Under the pieces are notes generated by a model. The model made no database searches. It was given only the letters and a program-made list of their open reading frames with translations, and was not told the origin of the DNA. The translations under genes and the position numbers were made by a program. This document shows, in pieces, positions 39,205 to 52,890 of a DNA stretch of 64,000 bases (positions are counted from its first letter, which is position 1; the number at the start of each line of letters is the position of its first letter). The DNA is from Candidatus Levybacteria bacterium RIFCSPHIGHO2_01_FULL_41_15 (GTDB lineage Bacteria; Patescibacteriota; Microgenomatia; Levybacterales; UBA12049), in the NCBI GenBank assembly GCA_001782165.1, contig MFNV01000002.1, positions 81,002 to 145,001 on the forward strand. The letters run 5' to 3'.

Positions 39205-39234
39205 CTTGCCCGTCGAAGCTTATGCATAGGCGGG
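39205..39234 (-). mobile_element. 30-nt palindromic element in the LysM-gene leader
   Basis: CCCGCCTATGCATAAGCTTCGACGGGCAAG. Confidence 0.65.
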
Positions 39235-39272
39235 CTCGATCCCGCCAAACGGGACGATCTTCCGCTTTTATG

Positions 39273-39347
39273 CGGGGCCAACGAGACTCGAACTCGCGAC
39301 CTCTTCCGTGACAGGGAAGCGCTCTAACCAAACTGAGCTATGACCCC
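39273..39347 (-). tRNA. tRNA-Asp(GUC)
   Basis: GGGGTCA/TGGCCCC acceptor, anticodon arm CTTCC-CTGTCAC-GGAAG. Confidence 0.96.
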
Positions 39348-39409
39348 ATAGCGTTCGTATCCTAGCAAATAATAGAATTCTAGTCAATCCTCTGCTATAA
39401 TTTTTGTCA

Positions 39410-41182
<1,773 letters not shown>

Positions 41183-41195
41183 GAGGTGACAAGGG

Positions 41196-41741
41196 TTGAA
41201 TTTTTATTTTTTTATAGGCATTGTTTTAGTACTTTTATTTCTGTGGTACATTTACAACAGTCTAATTATTTCAAAGCTCAGAATCAACGAAGCACTTTCT
41301 CAAATTGACGTTCAACTTAAAAGAAGAGCTGATTTAATCCCGAATCTTGTAGAAACAGTAAAAGGGTATGCAAAGCATGAAAAGGAACTATTTGAAAAGA
41401 TAACTGCGGAAAGATCAGCTTTAATGACTGCTAGGGGACCCGAAGAGAAAGCCTCTGTAAACAATCAACTAACTCATACATTAAAATCTTTATTTGCTGT
41501 TGCAGAGAACTATCCAGATCTTAAAGCAAGCCAGAATTTTTTGGAGCTTCAGGGGGAATTATCAGATACTGAAAATAAAATTGCTTATTCAAGGCAATTT
41601 TACAATTCAAGCGTTCTTGACTACAATACCAAAATTCAAATATTCCCGAATGTTTTTTTCGCAAGAATATTAAATTTTAAAGAAGCAGAATTTTTTGGAA
41701 CCGACGAGAAAGATAAAAAAAAAGTTGAAGTCAAGTTCTAA
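41196..41741 (+). CDS. lemA: LemA family protein
   Basis: [30 protein letters not shown]. Confidence 0.95.
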   Translation: MNFYFFIGIVLVLLFLWYIYNSLIISKLRINEALSQIDVQLKRRADLIPNLVETVKGYAKHEKELFEKITAERSALMTARGPEEKASVNNQLTHTLKSLFAVAENYPDLKASQNFLELQGELSDTENKIAYSRQFYNSSVLDYNTKIQIFPNVFFARILNFKEAEFFGTDEKDKKKVEVKF

Positions 41742-41743
41742 TT

Positions 41744-42637
41744 ATGAAAATTTACTCCGAGATTTCCTCCAATAAGCTGAAAACTTGGCTTATTATGGTA
41801 TTTTTTGTCGTATTCATAACGACAATTATATATATTTTTGCAAAAACACTTGGATATGGGCTGTCACTGGTAGGAGCCGCGCTTATTCTGTCCGGAATAA
41901 TGAGCTTAGGCAGCTATTATTTCTCGGATAAAATGGTGCTTGCGATATCGGGCGCAAAGGAAATAAAAAAAGAAGACAATAGGCAACTTTATAACACTGT
42001 TGAAAACCTCTGTATTGCTTCGGGTCAGCCTATACCCAAGATATACATCATAAGCGATAGTTCTCCAAATGCTTTTGCAACCGGCCGGAGTCCTGATAAA
42101 GCAGTAGTCTGTGTAACATCAGGGCTTTTGAATATGTTGGCAAAAACCGAACTTGAAGGAGTTATCTCTCATGAATTATCACACATCAAAAATTTTGACA
42201 TAAGGCTCATGGCTGTTGTAGCAATTCTGGTAGGATTTATTGCGCTAATATCTGATATTTTTATGAGAAGTCTATGGTTTGGCGGCTCAAGAGACAATGA
42301 AAGAAACTCCGCCCAGGGGGTGTTGATGGTCATAGGAATAATCTTTGCAATTTTATCCCCAATAGTTGCAATACTCATTCAGCTTGCAGTTTCAAGAAAA
42401 AGAGAGTTCTTGGCTGATGCTTCAGGAGTTCTTCTCACGCGATTCCCAGAAGGACTAACCTCTGCGCTTATTAAAATTTCAAAATACCCATATCCTTTAA
42501 AAAACGCAAACAATGCAACTGCTCACCTTTTCATCTCAAATCCCTTTAAGAACAAAGAAAGCAAAAACCCTTTCTCAAGTTTATTCAACACACACCCTCC
42601 CATAGAAGAAAGAATTAAAATTCTCCGCTCAATGTAA
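41744..42637 (+). CDS. htpX: M48 zinc metalloprotease HtpX
   Basis: PNAFATGR, HELSH, SRKREFLAD, THPP..ERI. Confidence 0.95.
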   Translation: MKIYSEISSNKLKTWLIMVFFVVFITTIIYIFAKTLGYGLSLVGAALILSGIMSLGSYYFSDKMVLAISGAKEIKKEDNRQLYNTVENLCIASGQPIPKIYIISDSSPNAFATGRSPDKAVVCVTSGLLNMLAKTELEGVISHELSHIKNFDIRLMAVVAILVGFIALISDIFMRSLWFGGSRDNERNSAQGVLMVIGIIFAILSPIVAILIQLAVSRKREFLADASGVLLTRFPEGLTSALIKISKYPYPLKNANNATAHLFISNPFKNKESKNPFSSLFNTHPPIEERIKILRSM

Positions 42638-43932
42638 TGATTTACTTGCTCGTCCTTCTTGGTAAGGTAATTATATTCATTAGTAAAACCTTAAATATTG
42701 GTTCTGGATCCACTTGGCCAGGTCACATAGCCGTTGAGACATATAAAGATTTTATAAAAAGAGAGTTGACCAGAAATAAACATTTAAAAATTGTATTAAT
42801 AGCCGGAACGAATGGAAAAACAACGACTGGAAAACTCATTCGAACTATTCTAGAAGAAAACGGAAATAAAGTTTTTCAAAATGAAGCCGGTGCTAATTTA
42901 CTCAACGGCATCGCTTCGTCTTTGATAAAAAACTCTAACTTGGTTGGAAATATAAAGTTTGATTATGCAATATTTGAAGTTGACGAAAATACCCTTTCCT
43001 TGGTTTTGGATAATTTAAAACCAAGAGCTTTAGTTCTTTTAAATTTATTTCGGGACCAGCTGGATAGGTATGGTGAGGTTAATATTGTTGCTAATAAATG
43101 GAAAGAATCTTTGGAAAAGATTGATATAAAAACCTCTCTTATTCTAAATGCAGACGACCCTAAAATAGCTTTTTTGGGAAATAATAAAAATAACTCTTTT
43201 TACTTTTCAGTAAAAGGAGAATCGTTTATACAGGAACATGCCTCGGACTCCACATATTGTCCAAGGTGCGGAGAAAAACTTAGTTACGAAAGAGTCACGT
43301 TTTCTCATTTGGGGAATTGGAAATGCAAAAAATGCGGGCTTAAAAGAAAAAAGCCTGACATTGAAAATTACGAAAGTTATCCCTTGCCCGGTATCTATAA
43401 TAAATACAATACTCACGCTGCAATTCTGACTGCTAGAGTTTTAAAAATTGGGGAGAGTAAGATTAAAAATTATTTGAAGAAATTTAAACCGGCTTTCGGA
43501 AGACAAGAGACAATCGAGTATAACGGCAAAAATATACAGATATTTCTTTCAAAAAATCCTGCAAGCTTCAACCAGTCTTTACAAACTATAAATGAACTAA
43601 AAGCAAAGAACGTATTATTTGTTTTAAATGATAGAATTCCTGACGGACTGGATGTGTCATGGATATGGGATGTAGATTTTGAAAATTATTTTAAAAATTT
43701 TAGATCTGTTTCAGTATCGGGCGATAGAGTTTATGACATGGCTCTTCGTTTGCAATATGCGAATAACGAATCACGAATAACGTACCACGAATTAAAAATT
43801 TATGAAGATCTGAAAGAAGCAATAGGTAAAGAAACTAAAAAATTAAAAGCAAAGGAAATTCTGTATATATTGCCAACTTATTCTGCCATGCTGGATCTTA
43901 GAAAAATACTAACGGGAAAAAAATTACTATAG
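42637..43932 (+). CDS. murT: MurT, lipid II isoglutaminyl synthase Mur-ligase subunit (DUF1727)
   Basis: GTNGKTTT, NLFRDQLDRYGE, CPRC...CKKC, KNP, DVSWIWD, TYSAM. Confidence 0.9.
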   Translation: MIYLLVLLGKVIIFISKTLNIGSGSTWPGHIAVETYKDFIKRELTRNKHLKIVLIAGTNGKTTTGKLIRTILEENGNKVFQNEAGANLLNGIASSLIKNSNLVGNIKFDYAIFEVDENTLSLVLDNLKPRALVLLNLFRDQLDRYGEVNIVANKWKESLEKIDIKTSLILNADDPKIAFLGNNKNNSFYFSVKGESFIQEHASDSTYCPRCGEKLSYERVTFSHLGNWKCKKCGLKRKKPDIENYESYPLPGIYNKYNTHAAILTARVLKIGESKIKNYLKKFKPAFGRQETIEYNGKNIQIFLSKNPASFNQSLQTINELKAKNVLFVLNDRIPDGLDVSWIWDVDFENYFKNFRSVSVSGDRVYDMALRLQYANNESRITYHELKIYEDLKEAIGKETKKLKAKEILYILPTYSAMLDLRKILTGKKLL

Positions 43933-43940
43933 CTTAATAC

Positions 43941-44702
43941 ATGATACAAGATACAAAATACAAGCTTACAATTGGCTGGCTTTATCCTGAACTTATGAGC
44001 ACTTATGGAGACAGAGGCAATATTAATGTCTTAACAAAACGGTGCGAGTGGCGCGGTATAAGAGTCGATATCTTAAATCTAAGTGTTGGATTTGACATTA
44101 AACTTTTGAAAAACATTAATCTTTTATTTATGGGAGGGGCGGAAGATATCCAGCAACAAATTGTTGCCAAAGACTTTACAGTTCAAAAAATAAAAGCGTT
44201 AAAAAAGAAGGTTGAAGATGGGACGCCTGGACTCTACATTTGTGGAGCCTTACAATTCTTGGGCAAATATTACAAGGATGCAAGTGGGACAAAAATTAAA
44301 GGACTTGGGATTTTTGACTTACATACTGAACACCCCGGAGCTTACACTAAAAGATTCATCGGCAACATCGTTACAAGGTCCGACCTTGCAAGCCCAATAG
44401 TGGGTTTTGAAAATCACGGAGGAAGAACATGTCTTGGAGATAACCTAAAACCTTTTGGCATGGTTATTAAGGGCTTTGGCAATAATGGCGGAGACAAAAC
44501 AGAAGGCGCAATTTACAAAAATAGTATCGGAACATACCTCCACGGGCCAATTCTTCCCAAAAACCCCCAAATAGCAGATTTTTTAATCAGTAAGGCTTTG
44601 ATACTTAAATATGGAGCAGGGGTTAAAATCAAGAAATTAGAAGATTCTCTTGAGAAAAAAGCACACGATTATATTCTTCAAAAAATTGCTTCATTCGAAT
44701 AA
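43941..44702 (+). CDS. gatD: GatD/CobQ-like glutamine amidotransferase
   Basis: LYPELM.TYGD.GN, ICG..Q, GFENHGG, TYLHGP.LPKNP; follows murT. Confidence 0.9.
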   Translation: MIQDTKYKLTIGWLYPELMSTYGDRGNINVLTKRCEWRGIRVDILNLSVGFDIKLLKNINLLFMGGAEDIQQQIVAKDFTVQKIKALKKKVEDGTPGLYICGALQFLGKYYKDASGTKIKGLGIFDLHTEHPGAYTKRFIGNIVTRSDLASPIVGFENHGGRTCLGDNLKPFGMVIKGFGNNGGDKTEGAIYKNSIGTYLHGPILPKNPQIADFLISKALILKYGAGVKIKKLEDSLEKKAHDYILQKIASFE

Positions 44703-44754
44703 TTCACAATCCTTTCCCATTGATAAAAAGGCTCGGGCCGAATATAATTAAAAC

Positions 44755-45033
44755 ATGAAAATTAATGTAAAACATGTTGCAAAGCTTTCAAATCTCCCTC
44801 TTTCGGAAAATGAAGAAAAAAAGTTCGAAAAACAACTATCCGAAATCATATCATATGTAGATAAACTAAAAAAAGCAAATACAATAAATACTGAAATTAC
44901 TAGTCAGGTAACTGGACTCGAGAATGTAATAAGACAAGATAAGAACGCCTCATCCTTTTCCCAAAAAGAAGCTACTTCAAATTCCAAAAGCAACTACAAT
45001 GGCATGTTTAAAATAAAAAAAATTTTGAGATGA
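44755..45033 (+). CDS. gatC: Asp/Glu-tRNA amidotransferase subunit C
   Basis: VKHVAKLSNL, R.D; precedes gatA. Confidence 0.92.
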   Translation: MKINVKHVAKLSNLPLSENEEKKFEKQLSEIISYVDKLKKANTINTEITSQVTGLENVIRQDKNASSFSQKEATSNSKSNYNGMFKIKKILR

Positions 45034-46403
45034 ACATAAATCAGCTTACAATAAAACAGGCAAGAGACGGTCTTAGAAAAAGAAAATTTTCGTCCTTTGA
45101 GATAGTTCAATCTTGTCTCGCAGAGATAAAAAAAAGAAAAAAACTAAATGCATTCATTACAGTTTGTGAAAAAGAAGCTTTGGAAAAAGCAAGAAAGGCA
45201 GATAAAGAAATAAAAGACGGGACAGATTTGCCTCTTTTTGGAATTCCGATCTCAGTAAAAGACATTTATCTTACAAAAAACATTCGAACCACGGCTGCTT
45301 CAAAAGTCCTTGATGATTATATTCCACAATATAGCGCAACAGTTATTGAAAAGCTTGAAGAAAATGGTGCGATTATTATAGGAAAAACCAATTGCGATGC
45401 TTGGGCACATGGATCAAGCGGGGAAAATTCTGATTACGGACCCACTAGGAATCCCTGGGGTGAAGAATATGTTCCGGGCGGCTCAAGCTCGGGTTCTGCA
45501 GTTTCTGTTTCTTCCAGCATGTGTCTTGCCTCAACGGGGACTGATACAGGCGGATCGATAAGACTTCCGGCCAGCTTTTGCAATGTTGTAGGACTGAAGC
45601 CAACCTACGGAAGAGTTTCAAGATATGGAATAGTCGCAATGGCTTCATCTCTTGACAGTATTGGGCATTTTACCAAAGATGTGGAAGATTCGGCTTTAAT
45701 ATTATCTATTACGGCAGGTAAAGATTTAAATGACGCGACTATGCCAAACAAGAGGGTCGATGATTATGAAGGCTACTTAGAAAAAGGTGTAAAAGGTGTA
45801 AGAATTGGAATTCCTAAAGAATATTTTCTAGAAGGTCTTGATAAAAGAGTAAAAGAAAAAGTAGAACAAAAAGTAAAAAAACTTGAAGAACTAGGGGCAA
45901 AAATTGAAATCATTTCCCTTCCGCATACAGAATACGCAACTGCCTGCTATTACATAATTCAACCGGCAGAAGTATCATCAAATCTTGCAAGATATGACGG
46001 GGTAAGATACGGCAACAACAGAACCTATTTTGGGGATGAAGCAAAAAGAAGGACTATGCTTGGAGTTTATGTTTTATCTTCAGGATACTATGAAGCATAT
46101 TACAAAAAAGCAATGCAAGTAAGAACTCTTATAAAAAGAGATTTTGATGGAGCCTTTAAGAAAGTTGATGTTATTATAACTCCTGTATCCCCTACCCTTC
46201 CATGGAAAATAGGGGAGAAGGCAGATCCATTATCGATGTATCTTTCCGATATTTATACAGTGACAGCAAATTTGGCAGGTATCCCCGGGCTGTCTGTACC
46301 AATTGGTTTTATAGATAGCCTTCCTGTTGGTATGCAAATTTTAGGACCGCAATTTTCAGAAGGAAAATTATTTCAGACAGGAAAGCAAATCGAGAATCTA
46401 TGA
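45030..46403 (+). CDS. gatA: Asp/Glu-tRNA amidotransferase subunit A
   Basis: Amidase signature GGSSSGS, DTGGSIRLPA, SNLARYDG. Confidence 0.96.
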   Translation: MNINQLTIKQARDGLRKRKFSSFEIVQSCLAEIKKRKKLNAFITVCEKEALEKARKADKEIKDGTDLPLFGIPISVKDIYLTKNIRTTAASKVLDDYIPQYSATVIEKLEENGAIIIGKTNCDAWAHGSSGENSDYGPTRNPWGEEYVPGGSSSGSAVSVSSSMCLASTGTDTGGSIRLPASFCNVVGLKPTYGRVSRYGIVAMASSLDSIGHFTKDVEDSALILSITAGKDLNDATMPNKRVDDYEGYLEKGVKGVRIGIPKEYFLEGLDKRVKEKVEQKVKKLEELGAKIEIISLPHTEYATACYYIIQPAEVSSNLARYDGVRYGNNRTYFGDEAKRRTMLGVYVLSSGYYEAYYKKAMQVRTLIKRDFDGAFKKVDVIITPVSPTLPWKIGEKADPLSMYLSDIYTVTANLAGIPGLSVPIGFIDSLPVGMQILGPQFSEGKLFQTGKQIENL

Positions 46404-47797
46404 GACCCGTTATTGGACTTGAAGTACATGTTGAGCTTAGAACAAAATCAAAAATGTTTTGTGGATGCTCCGCAGATTATTTTGGACAAAAACCAAATAC
46501 GCACACTTGCCCAGTTTGCTTAGGCCTTCCCGGTGCGCTCCCTGTACCAAATAAAACTGCGATTGAATGGTGCATAATGCTTGGTATGGCGTTAAACTGT
46601 AATATTCCCCTGCTTTCAAAGTTTGACAGAAAAAATTATTTTTACCCGGATCTTCCAAAAGGCTATCAGATAAGCCAATATGATGAACCATTCGCGATCA
46701 ACGGATACATTGATCTAAGCTCTAAAATCTCAAATCCCAAATCACAAATAAATTCAAAATCAAAAAATAAAAATTTTAAACGAATCAGAATAAGACGAGT
46801 TCATATGGAGGAGGATACGGGAAAACTTATTCATGAAACCATAAACGGAGAGGATATAACTTTAATTGATTTTAATAGATCAGGCGTTCCTCTTGTTGAA
46901 ATTGTCACAGAACCGGATTTTGAAAATCCAGAAGATGTAAAGGAGTATCTTCAGAGGCTTCAGCAAATTGTTCGATACCTTAACATTTCAAATGCTGATA
47001 TGGAGAAGGGCGATATGAGGCTTGAACCAAATATATCGCTTCGCTCAAATAATACCAGTACTACAAATACTACCAAGAAACAAATGAGTCAATTGCCAAG
47101 TTACAAAGTTGAAGTAAAAAATATAAATTCGTTCCGGTTTGTAGAAAAAGCGATAGATTATGAAATAAAAAGGCAAAAAGGGATTATTGAATCGGGAAAA
47201 ATTCCAATTCAGGAAACAAGAGGATGGGATGATAATAAACAAAAAACCGTAAGTCAAAGAGTTAAAGAGGAGGAAAGCGATTACAGATATTTCCCAGAAC
47301 CTGATATTCCGCCTCTAAGATGGGCTAAGAATCAATTATTAAATATAAAAAAACAAATACCTGAACTCCCAGAAGTAAAAATGGAGAGGTTTAGTAAAGA
47401 ATATAAAATAAAAAAATACGACTCAGAGATACTTATTAGGAACAAAGAGGAAGCGGAGTATTTTGAGGAAGCTGTACGGGTAGGAAAAAAACACAATGTT
47501 GGCCCCCAATTAATTGCGAATTTCATTATCAATAGAAAGCAAGACATTAAAAAAGATACGCTTCCGGCGGAACTCATAAAAACCATTAAATTCAAAACTT
47601 CCTATGTTAAGGCAGACGAGGAGGAAGTAAAAAAATCTGTTCAAGAAGTTCTCCGGAAAAATCCCCAAGCAGCAGAGGACTATAGGAAAGGTAAAACACA
47701 AGCTTTACAGTTTCTTATAGGAAAAACAATAGCATTATTAAAAGAAAAAGTAGAGCCACAGTTAATAATTGGTCTAATTAATGAACAACTAAAATGA
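46400..47797 (+). CDS. gatB: Asp/Glu-tRNA amidotransferase subunit B (with low-complexity inserts)
   Basis: [42 protein letters not shown]. Confidence 0.97.
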   Translation: MRPVIGLEVHVELRTKSKMFCGCSADYFGQKPNTHTCPVCLGLPGALPVPNKTAIEWCIMLGMALNCNIPLLSKFDRKNYFYPDLPKGYQISQYDEPFAINGYIDLSSKISNPKSQINSKSKNKNFKRIRIRRVHMEEDTGKLIHETINGEDITLIDFNRSGVPLVEIVTEPDFENPEDVKEYLQRLQQIVRYLNISNADMEKGDMRLEPNISLRSNNTSTTNTTKKQMSQLPSYKVEVKNINSFRFVEKAIDYEIKRQKGIIESGKIPIQETRGWDDNKQKTVSQRVKEEESDYRYFPEPDIPPLRWAKNQLLNIKKQIPELPEVKMERFSKEYKIKKYDSEILIRNKEEAEYFEEAVRVGKKHNVGPQLIANFIINRKQDIKKDTLPAELIKTIKFKTSYVKADEEEVKKSVQEVLRKNPQAAEDYRKGKTQALQFLIGKTIALLKEKVEPQLIIGLINEQLK

Positions 47798-50700
47798 CAG
47801 ATTTCGTGCATCTTCACAATCATAGCGATTATTCTCTTTTGGATGGATTATCCAAGATAGAAGATATGGTCAAAAAAGCAAAAGAGCTTGGTATGAAAGC
47901 GATCGCTTTAACAGATCATGGAAATATGTATGCAGCCATAAAATTTTACAAAGAATGTCAACTGGCAGGAATAAAACCAATAATAGGCTGCGAAATTTAC
48001 ATATCAAAAAGATCAAGGCATGACAAAGAAGCAGGAATAGACGCAGACTCAAATCACCTAATACTTCTTGTAAAAAACGAAACAGGATATAAGAACTTAA
48101 TGAAAATAATATCAATAGCAAACCTTGAAGGCTATTACTATAAACCGAGAAGTGACCTTGACCTTCTTAGGGAATACCATGAAGGGCTGATATGTCTCAC
48201 GTCTTGTGTAAATGGCTATGTTTCAGAGCCGCTCGTCCTAAACCAAGATGAAACGGGTATAGAAAGAGCAAAAAAGCTTCTTGAGATTTTCGGGGAAGAA
48301 AATTTTTATCTGGAGCTTCAAAAACATATAAATGTTGAGAGCCAGGACTCTCTTAACGAAAAGCTAATAAGTCTCTCTAAAAAACTTGGAATCCCTCTTG
48401 TAGCGACAAACGACAATCACTATATAAATGCTCGTGATGCTCAGGCGCAAGAAGTCCTCCTTTGCATACAGACTCAGACGACCTTAAATGATAAAGAAAG
48501 GAAACTTTCAATGATATCCTCTCCAGATTTCTATATCAAAAGCAAGGAAGAAATGGTAGGTCTTTTTCTTCAGAATCCCGAAGCCGTAGAAAATACCGTA
48601 AAAATAGCTGACATGTGTAACCTTGAAATAAAGCTGGGTCAATGGATAATGCCCTTCTTTGATGTTCCGGGAAATATTCCTCCATCTGAATATATAAGAA
48701 AGAAGGTCGATGAGGGCCTTAGGAAAAGATATAAGACAACTATAAAAGAAATAAAAGAAAGAGCAGAATATGAACTCTCCATAATTATTAAGAAAGGGTA
48801 TGAAACATATATTCTAATTGTTTCTGACTTTGTCAACTGGGCCAAAAGCGTGGGGATAACAGTCGGTCCCGGAAGAGGCTCAAATGCGGGGTCGATAGTG
48901 TCCTATGCACTAGAAATTTCAGATGTTGATCCGCTTTTTTTCAAACTCCCCTTCGAAAGGTTCCTAAATCCAATGAGACCTTCGCCCCCTGACATTGATC
49001 TGGATTTTGCTGATAACAGGCGGGATGAGGTAATTAAATATGTGACTGAAAAGTACGGTAGAGACAAAGTTGCTCAAATAATAACATTTGGCACTATCGA
49101 GGCAAGAGGTTCGGTTAGAGATACCGGAAGAGTTCTTGGAATGCCCTACTCATATCCCGACAGAATTTCAAAAATGATTCCTCCAGGCTGGCAAGGACAC
49201 GCAATGACGATAGACAGGGCTCTTGAGCAAAGCCCGGATCTCAGAATCTCATATCAAACAGAACCGGAAACAAAAAAACTTCTTGATCTCGCCCGTAAAA
49301 TAGAAGGCGTTGCAAGACATGCATCAGTCCATGCCGCAGGTGTAGTAATAGCAGATAAGCCTTTGACTGAGTATACGCCTTTGCAAAGAGAACCCAACGG
49401 AAACAAAATTATAACTCAATACGATATGTACACCGTAGGGGAAGACGGGGTGGGACTTTTAAAAATCGACTTTTTGGGTCTTAGAAATTTAACAATTATT
49501 CAGGAAACCCTTCGTTTTATAAAAGAAAACAAGAAGACAAAAATAGATCTTTCAGTACTTCCGTTTGATGATGAGAAAACTTACGAGCTTTTAGCATCAG
49601 GGGAAACTACAGGAATATTTCAGCTTGAATCTGCCGGAATGAGAAGGTATATAAAAGAGCTAAGACCAACTTCCATTTTTGATCTTCAGGCAATGGTAGC
49701 ACTTTACAGGCCGGGTCCTATGGCTAATATTCCCGAATTTATTAGAAGAAAACACAACCCATCTTTAATAACTTATCCTGATCCCCGACTTAAGGATATT
49801 CTTAAGGAATCCTACGGAATAATAACATTTCAAGACGACCTTCTTCTAACTGCTATAAAAGTTGCAGGGTACTCTTGGGCAGAAACAGATAAGCTCAGAA
49901 AGGCAGTTGGCAAAAAAATTCCTTCAGAAATGAAAAAACAGCATGATAAGTTTGTAGAAGGATGCATAGATAACGGAATGCAGAAAAAAAATGCCGAAAA
50001 TCTCTGGAATCTTTTCGAGCCTTTTGCGGGATACGGTTTTGGCAAAGCACACGCTGCCTGCTATGCGACTATTGCATTCAGAACCGCATATCTTAAAGCG
50101 CATTATCCCGTTGAATTTATGACGGCATTCCTTACTGCTGAATCTCGGGGAGCTTCCGGGCCTTCGAAAAATGAAAAAATTGCAGAAGGTGTTGCGGAAT
50201 GTAGAAGGCTTAATATAATAATTTTTCCTCCCGATATAAACAAGTCTGATAGCGAGTTTTCGATCGAAAATGGTAAAAGTATCAGATTCGGTTTGTCAGC
50301 GATAAAGAATATCGGAGAAGCGGCAATATCAACGATAATTAAAAATAGAGAAAAGGCTCCCTTTAAAAGCTTTGAAGATTTTTTACAAAGGGTGGATCTA
50401 GGTGCAGTCAATAAAAAAACCATAGAAAGCTTGATAAAAGCAGGGGCTATGGATTTATTTGGTAAAAGGACCTCTCTTCTTATAAATTATCCTCAGATTA
50501 TCGATAAGCTTAACAAACGAAAGAAAAAAGAAAATGAAGGTCAAGGCTCTCTTTTTGAAGAAGACCTTGAAGCTAAAGAATTTGAAACAGAAATAGAAGA
50601 CTCCAATGTCGAAGATTTCTCCTCTAAAGAAAAGTTGAATTTTGAAAAAGAATTCCTCGGATTTTATTTAACCTCCCATCCTATGCTTTCCGAATTAATG

Positions 50701-51021
50701 TCTATTAAATCAAAGATTACTCATGAAATGGGACTTGTGATTGAGGAGCCAGAGGGAGTAAGGGTAAGAATTGGTGGAATAGTTGAGCACACAAGAAGAA
50801 TTTTCACCAAGAAAAGCGGAAGCGAAATGGCTTTTGTAACCATAGGGGATGAGAAAGGCATAGTGGTTGAATGCGTGATATTTCCCAAAGTATTCGAACA
50901 GTACAAAAGTTATATTCAAAAAGATACGGTAATTATTGTTGAAGGAAAAGTGGACACCAAAAATGAAAGACCGGTTATCATTGCTGAAAAAATTGTGACA
51001 GTTGGTAATTTCGCTTCTTGA
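47794..51021 (+). CDS. dnaE: DNA polymerase III alpha subunit
   Basis: [32 protein letters not shown]-terminal OB fold. Confidence 0.98.
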   Translation: MTDFVHLHNHSDYSLLDGLSKIEDMVKKAKELGMKAIALTDHGNMYAAIKFYKECQLAGIKPIIGCEIYISKRSRHDKEAGIDADSNHLILLVKNETGYKNLMKIISIANLEGYYYKPRSDLDLLREYHEGLICLTSCVNGYVSEPLVLNQDETGIERAKKLLEIFGEENFYLELQKHINVESQDSLNEKLISLSKKLGIPLVATNDNHYINARDAQAQEVLLCIQTQTTLNDKERKLSMISSPDFYIKSKEEMVGLFLQNPEAVENTVKIADMCNLEIKLGQWIMPFFDVPGNIPPSEYIRKKVDEGLRKRYKTTIKEIKERAEYELSIIIKKGYETYILIVSDFVNWAKSVGITVGPGRGSNAGSIVSYALEISDVDPLFFKLPFERFLNPMRPSPPDIDLDFADNRRDEVIKYVTEKYGRDKVAQIITFGTIEARGSVRDTGRVLGMPYSYPDRISKMIPPGWQGHAMTIDRALEQSPDLRISYQTEPETKKLLDLARKIEGVARHASVHAAGVVIADKPLTEYTPLQREPNGNKIITQYDMYTVGEDGVGLLKIDFLGLRNLTIIQETLRFIKENKKTKIDLSVLPFDDEKTYELLASGETTGIFQLESAGMRRYIKELRPTSIFDLQAMVALYRPGPMANIPEFIRRKHNPSLITYPDPRLKDILKESYGIITFQDDLLLTAIKVAGYSWAETDKLRKAVGKKIPSEMKKQHDKFVEGCIDNGMQKKNAENLWNLFEPFAGYGFGKAHAACYATIAFRTAYLKAHYPVEFMTAFLTAESRGASGPSKNEKIAEGVAECRRLNIIIFPPDINKSDSEFSIENGKSIRFGLSAIKNIGEAAISTIIKNREKAPFKSFEDFLQRVDLGAVNKKTIESLIKAGAMDLFGKRTSLLINYPQIIDKLNKRKKKENEGQGSLFEEDLEAKEFETEIEDSNVEDFSSKEKLNFEKEFLGFYLTSHPMLSELMSIKSKITHEMGLVIEEPEGVRVRIGGIVEHTRRIFTKKSGSEMAFVTIGDEKGIVVECVIFPKVFEQYKSYIQKDTVIIVEGKVDTKNERPVIIAEKIVTVGNFAS

Positions 51022-51055
51022 CTTAACCTCAGTTTGTCCATAAAATAGGATTACG

Positions 51056-52014
<959 letters not shown>

Positions 52015-52024
52015 GGTTTAATTT

Positions 52025-52528
52025 ATGGAAATCATCAAGAATTTTGGGATAGATCCTCTCCTTTTAATCGCCCAGATAGTTAATTTTCTAATAATATTTT
52101 ACATATTAAAAAGGTTTGCCCTAAAACCAATACTTGATATTCTCAAGAAACGAGAAAATACAATAAAGGAGGGACTGAGGGAGGCAGAAGAAGGCAAAAA
52201 GGTACTTGAAGAGGCTTACATTAAAGAAAAAGAAATTCTTAAAAAAGCTCAATCAAGGTCGGAAAAAATAATAGAAGATACCCAAATCCAGGCTTTAGAA
52301 ATTATAAAAGGCGCTGAAGAAAAGACAAAAAAGCAGACAGAACTGATGCTGATATCAGCAAAGGAACAGATGGAAAAGGAGTCTAAAGAAACAGAAAAGA
52401 GAATAGCAATGAGAGTAAGCGATATGGCCTTAGATTTCTTGGAAAAATCTCTAAAAAACCTTTTTGGGGAGAAAGAGCAAAAACAGCTTATGCAAATCGC
52501 CATAAAAAAAATAAAAAAGTCTGACTAA
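52025..52528 (+). CDS. atpF: ATP synthase Fo subunit b
   Basis: QIVNFLI...KP...L.KR; coiled coil. Confidence 0.95.
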   Translation: MEIIKNFGIDPLLLIAQIVNFLIIFYILKRFALKPILDILKKRENTIKEGLREAEEGKKVLEEAYIKEKEILKKAQSRSEKIIEDTQIQALEIIKGAEEKTKKQTELMLISAKEQMEKESKETEKRIAMRVSDMALDFLEKSLKNLFGEKEQKQLMQIAIKKIKKSD

Positions 52529-52530
52529 AA

Positions 52531-52890
52531 ATGCATAAAAAAATTAAAATACTTGCACAAAAAAGTTTTGTAAGTGGTCGACTTGATTCTAATCTGGTTA
52601 AACTTGTTGCGTCAAAACTTAAAAAAAAAGAGCTGAAGTTTTACTTAAAGACGTTGAAAAATGTTGAACAAAAAAATACGGTTAAAGTTTATTCGCCATT
52701 AAAAACTGAGAAAACAACAACTTATGAAAGACAATTTAGAGGCATTTTCCCAAATAAAAGGATTGAATTCATTTATAGCCCCCACTTAATTGCGGGATTA
52801 AGAATAATAGACAACGATATCGTCTACGAAATGAGCCTGAAAGATTCCTTAGAAAATCTTATAATGCACATAGAAAATACTTATGAGTAA
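52531..52890 (+). CDS. atpH: ATP synthase delta subunit (short form)
   Basis: Position in the operon; P.LIAG.RI...D...S C-terminal motif. Confidence 0.8.
   Translation: MHKKIKILAQKSFVSGRLDSNLVKLVASKLKKKELKFYLKTLKNVEQKNTVKVYSPLKTEKTTTYERQFRGIFPNKRIEFIYSPHLIAGLRIIDNDIVYEMSLKDSLENLIMHIENTYE

Noticed and set aside
39130-39270. c-di-AMP (ydaO) or c-di-GMP riboswitch upstream of the LysM gene
   Set aside because: The consensus motifs of these riboswitches could not be found; kept only as an unknown structured leader.
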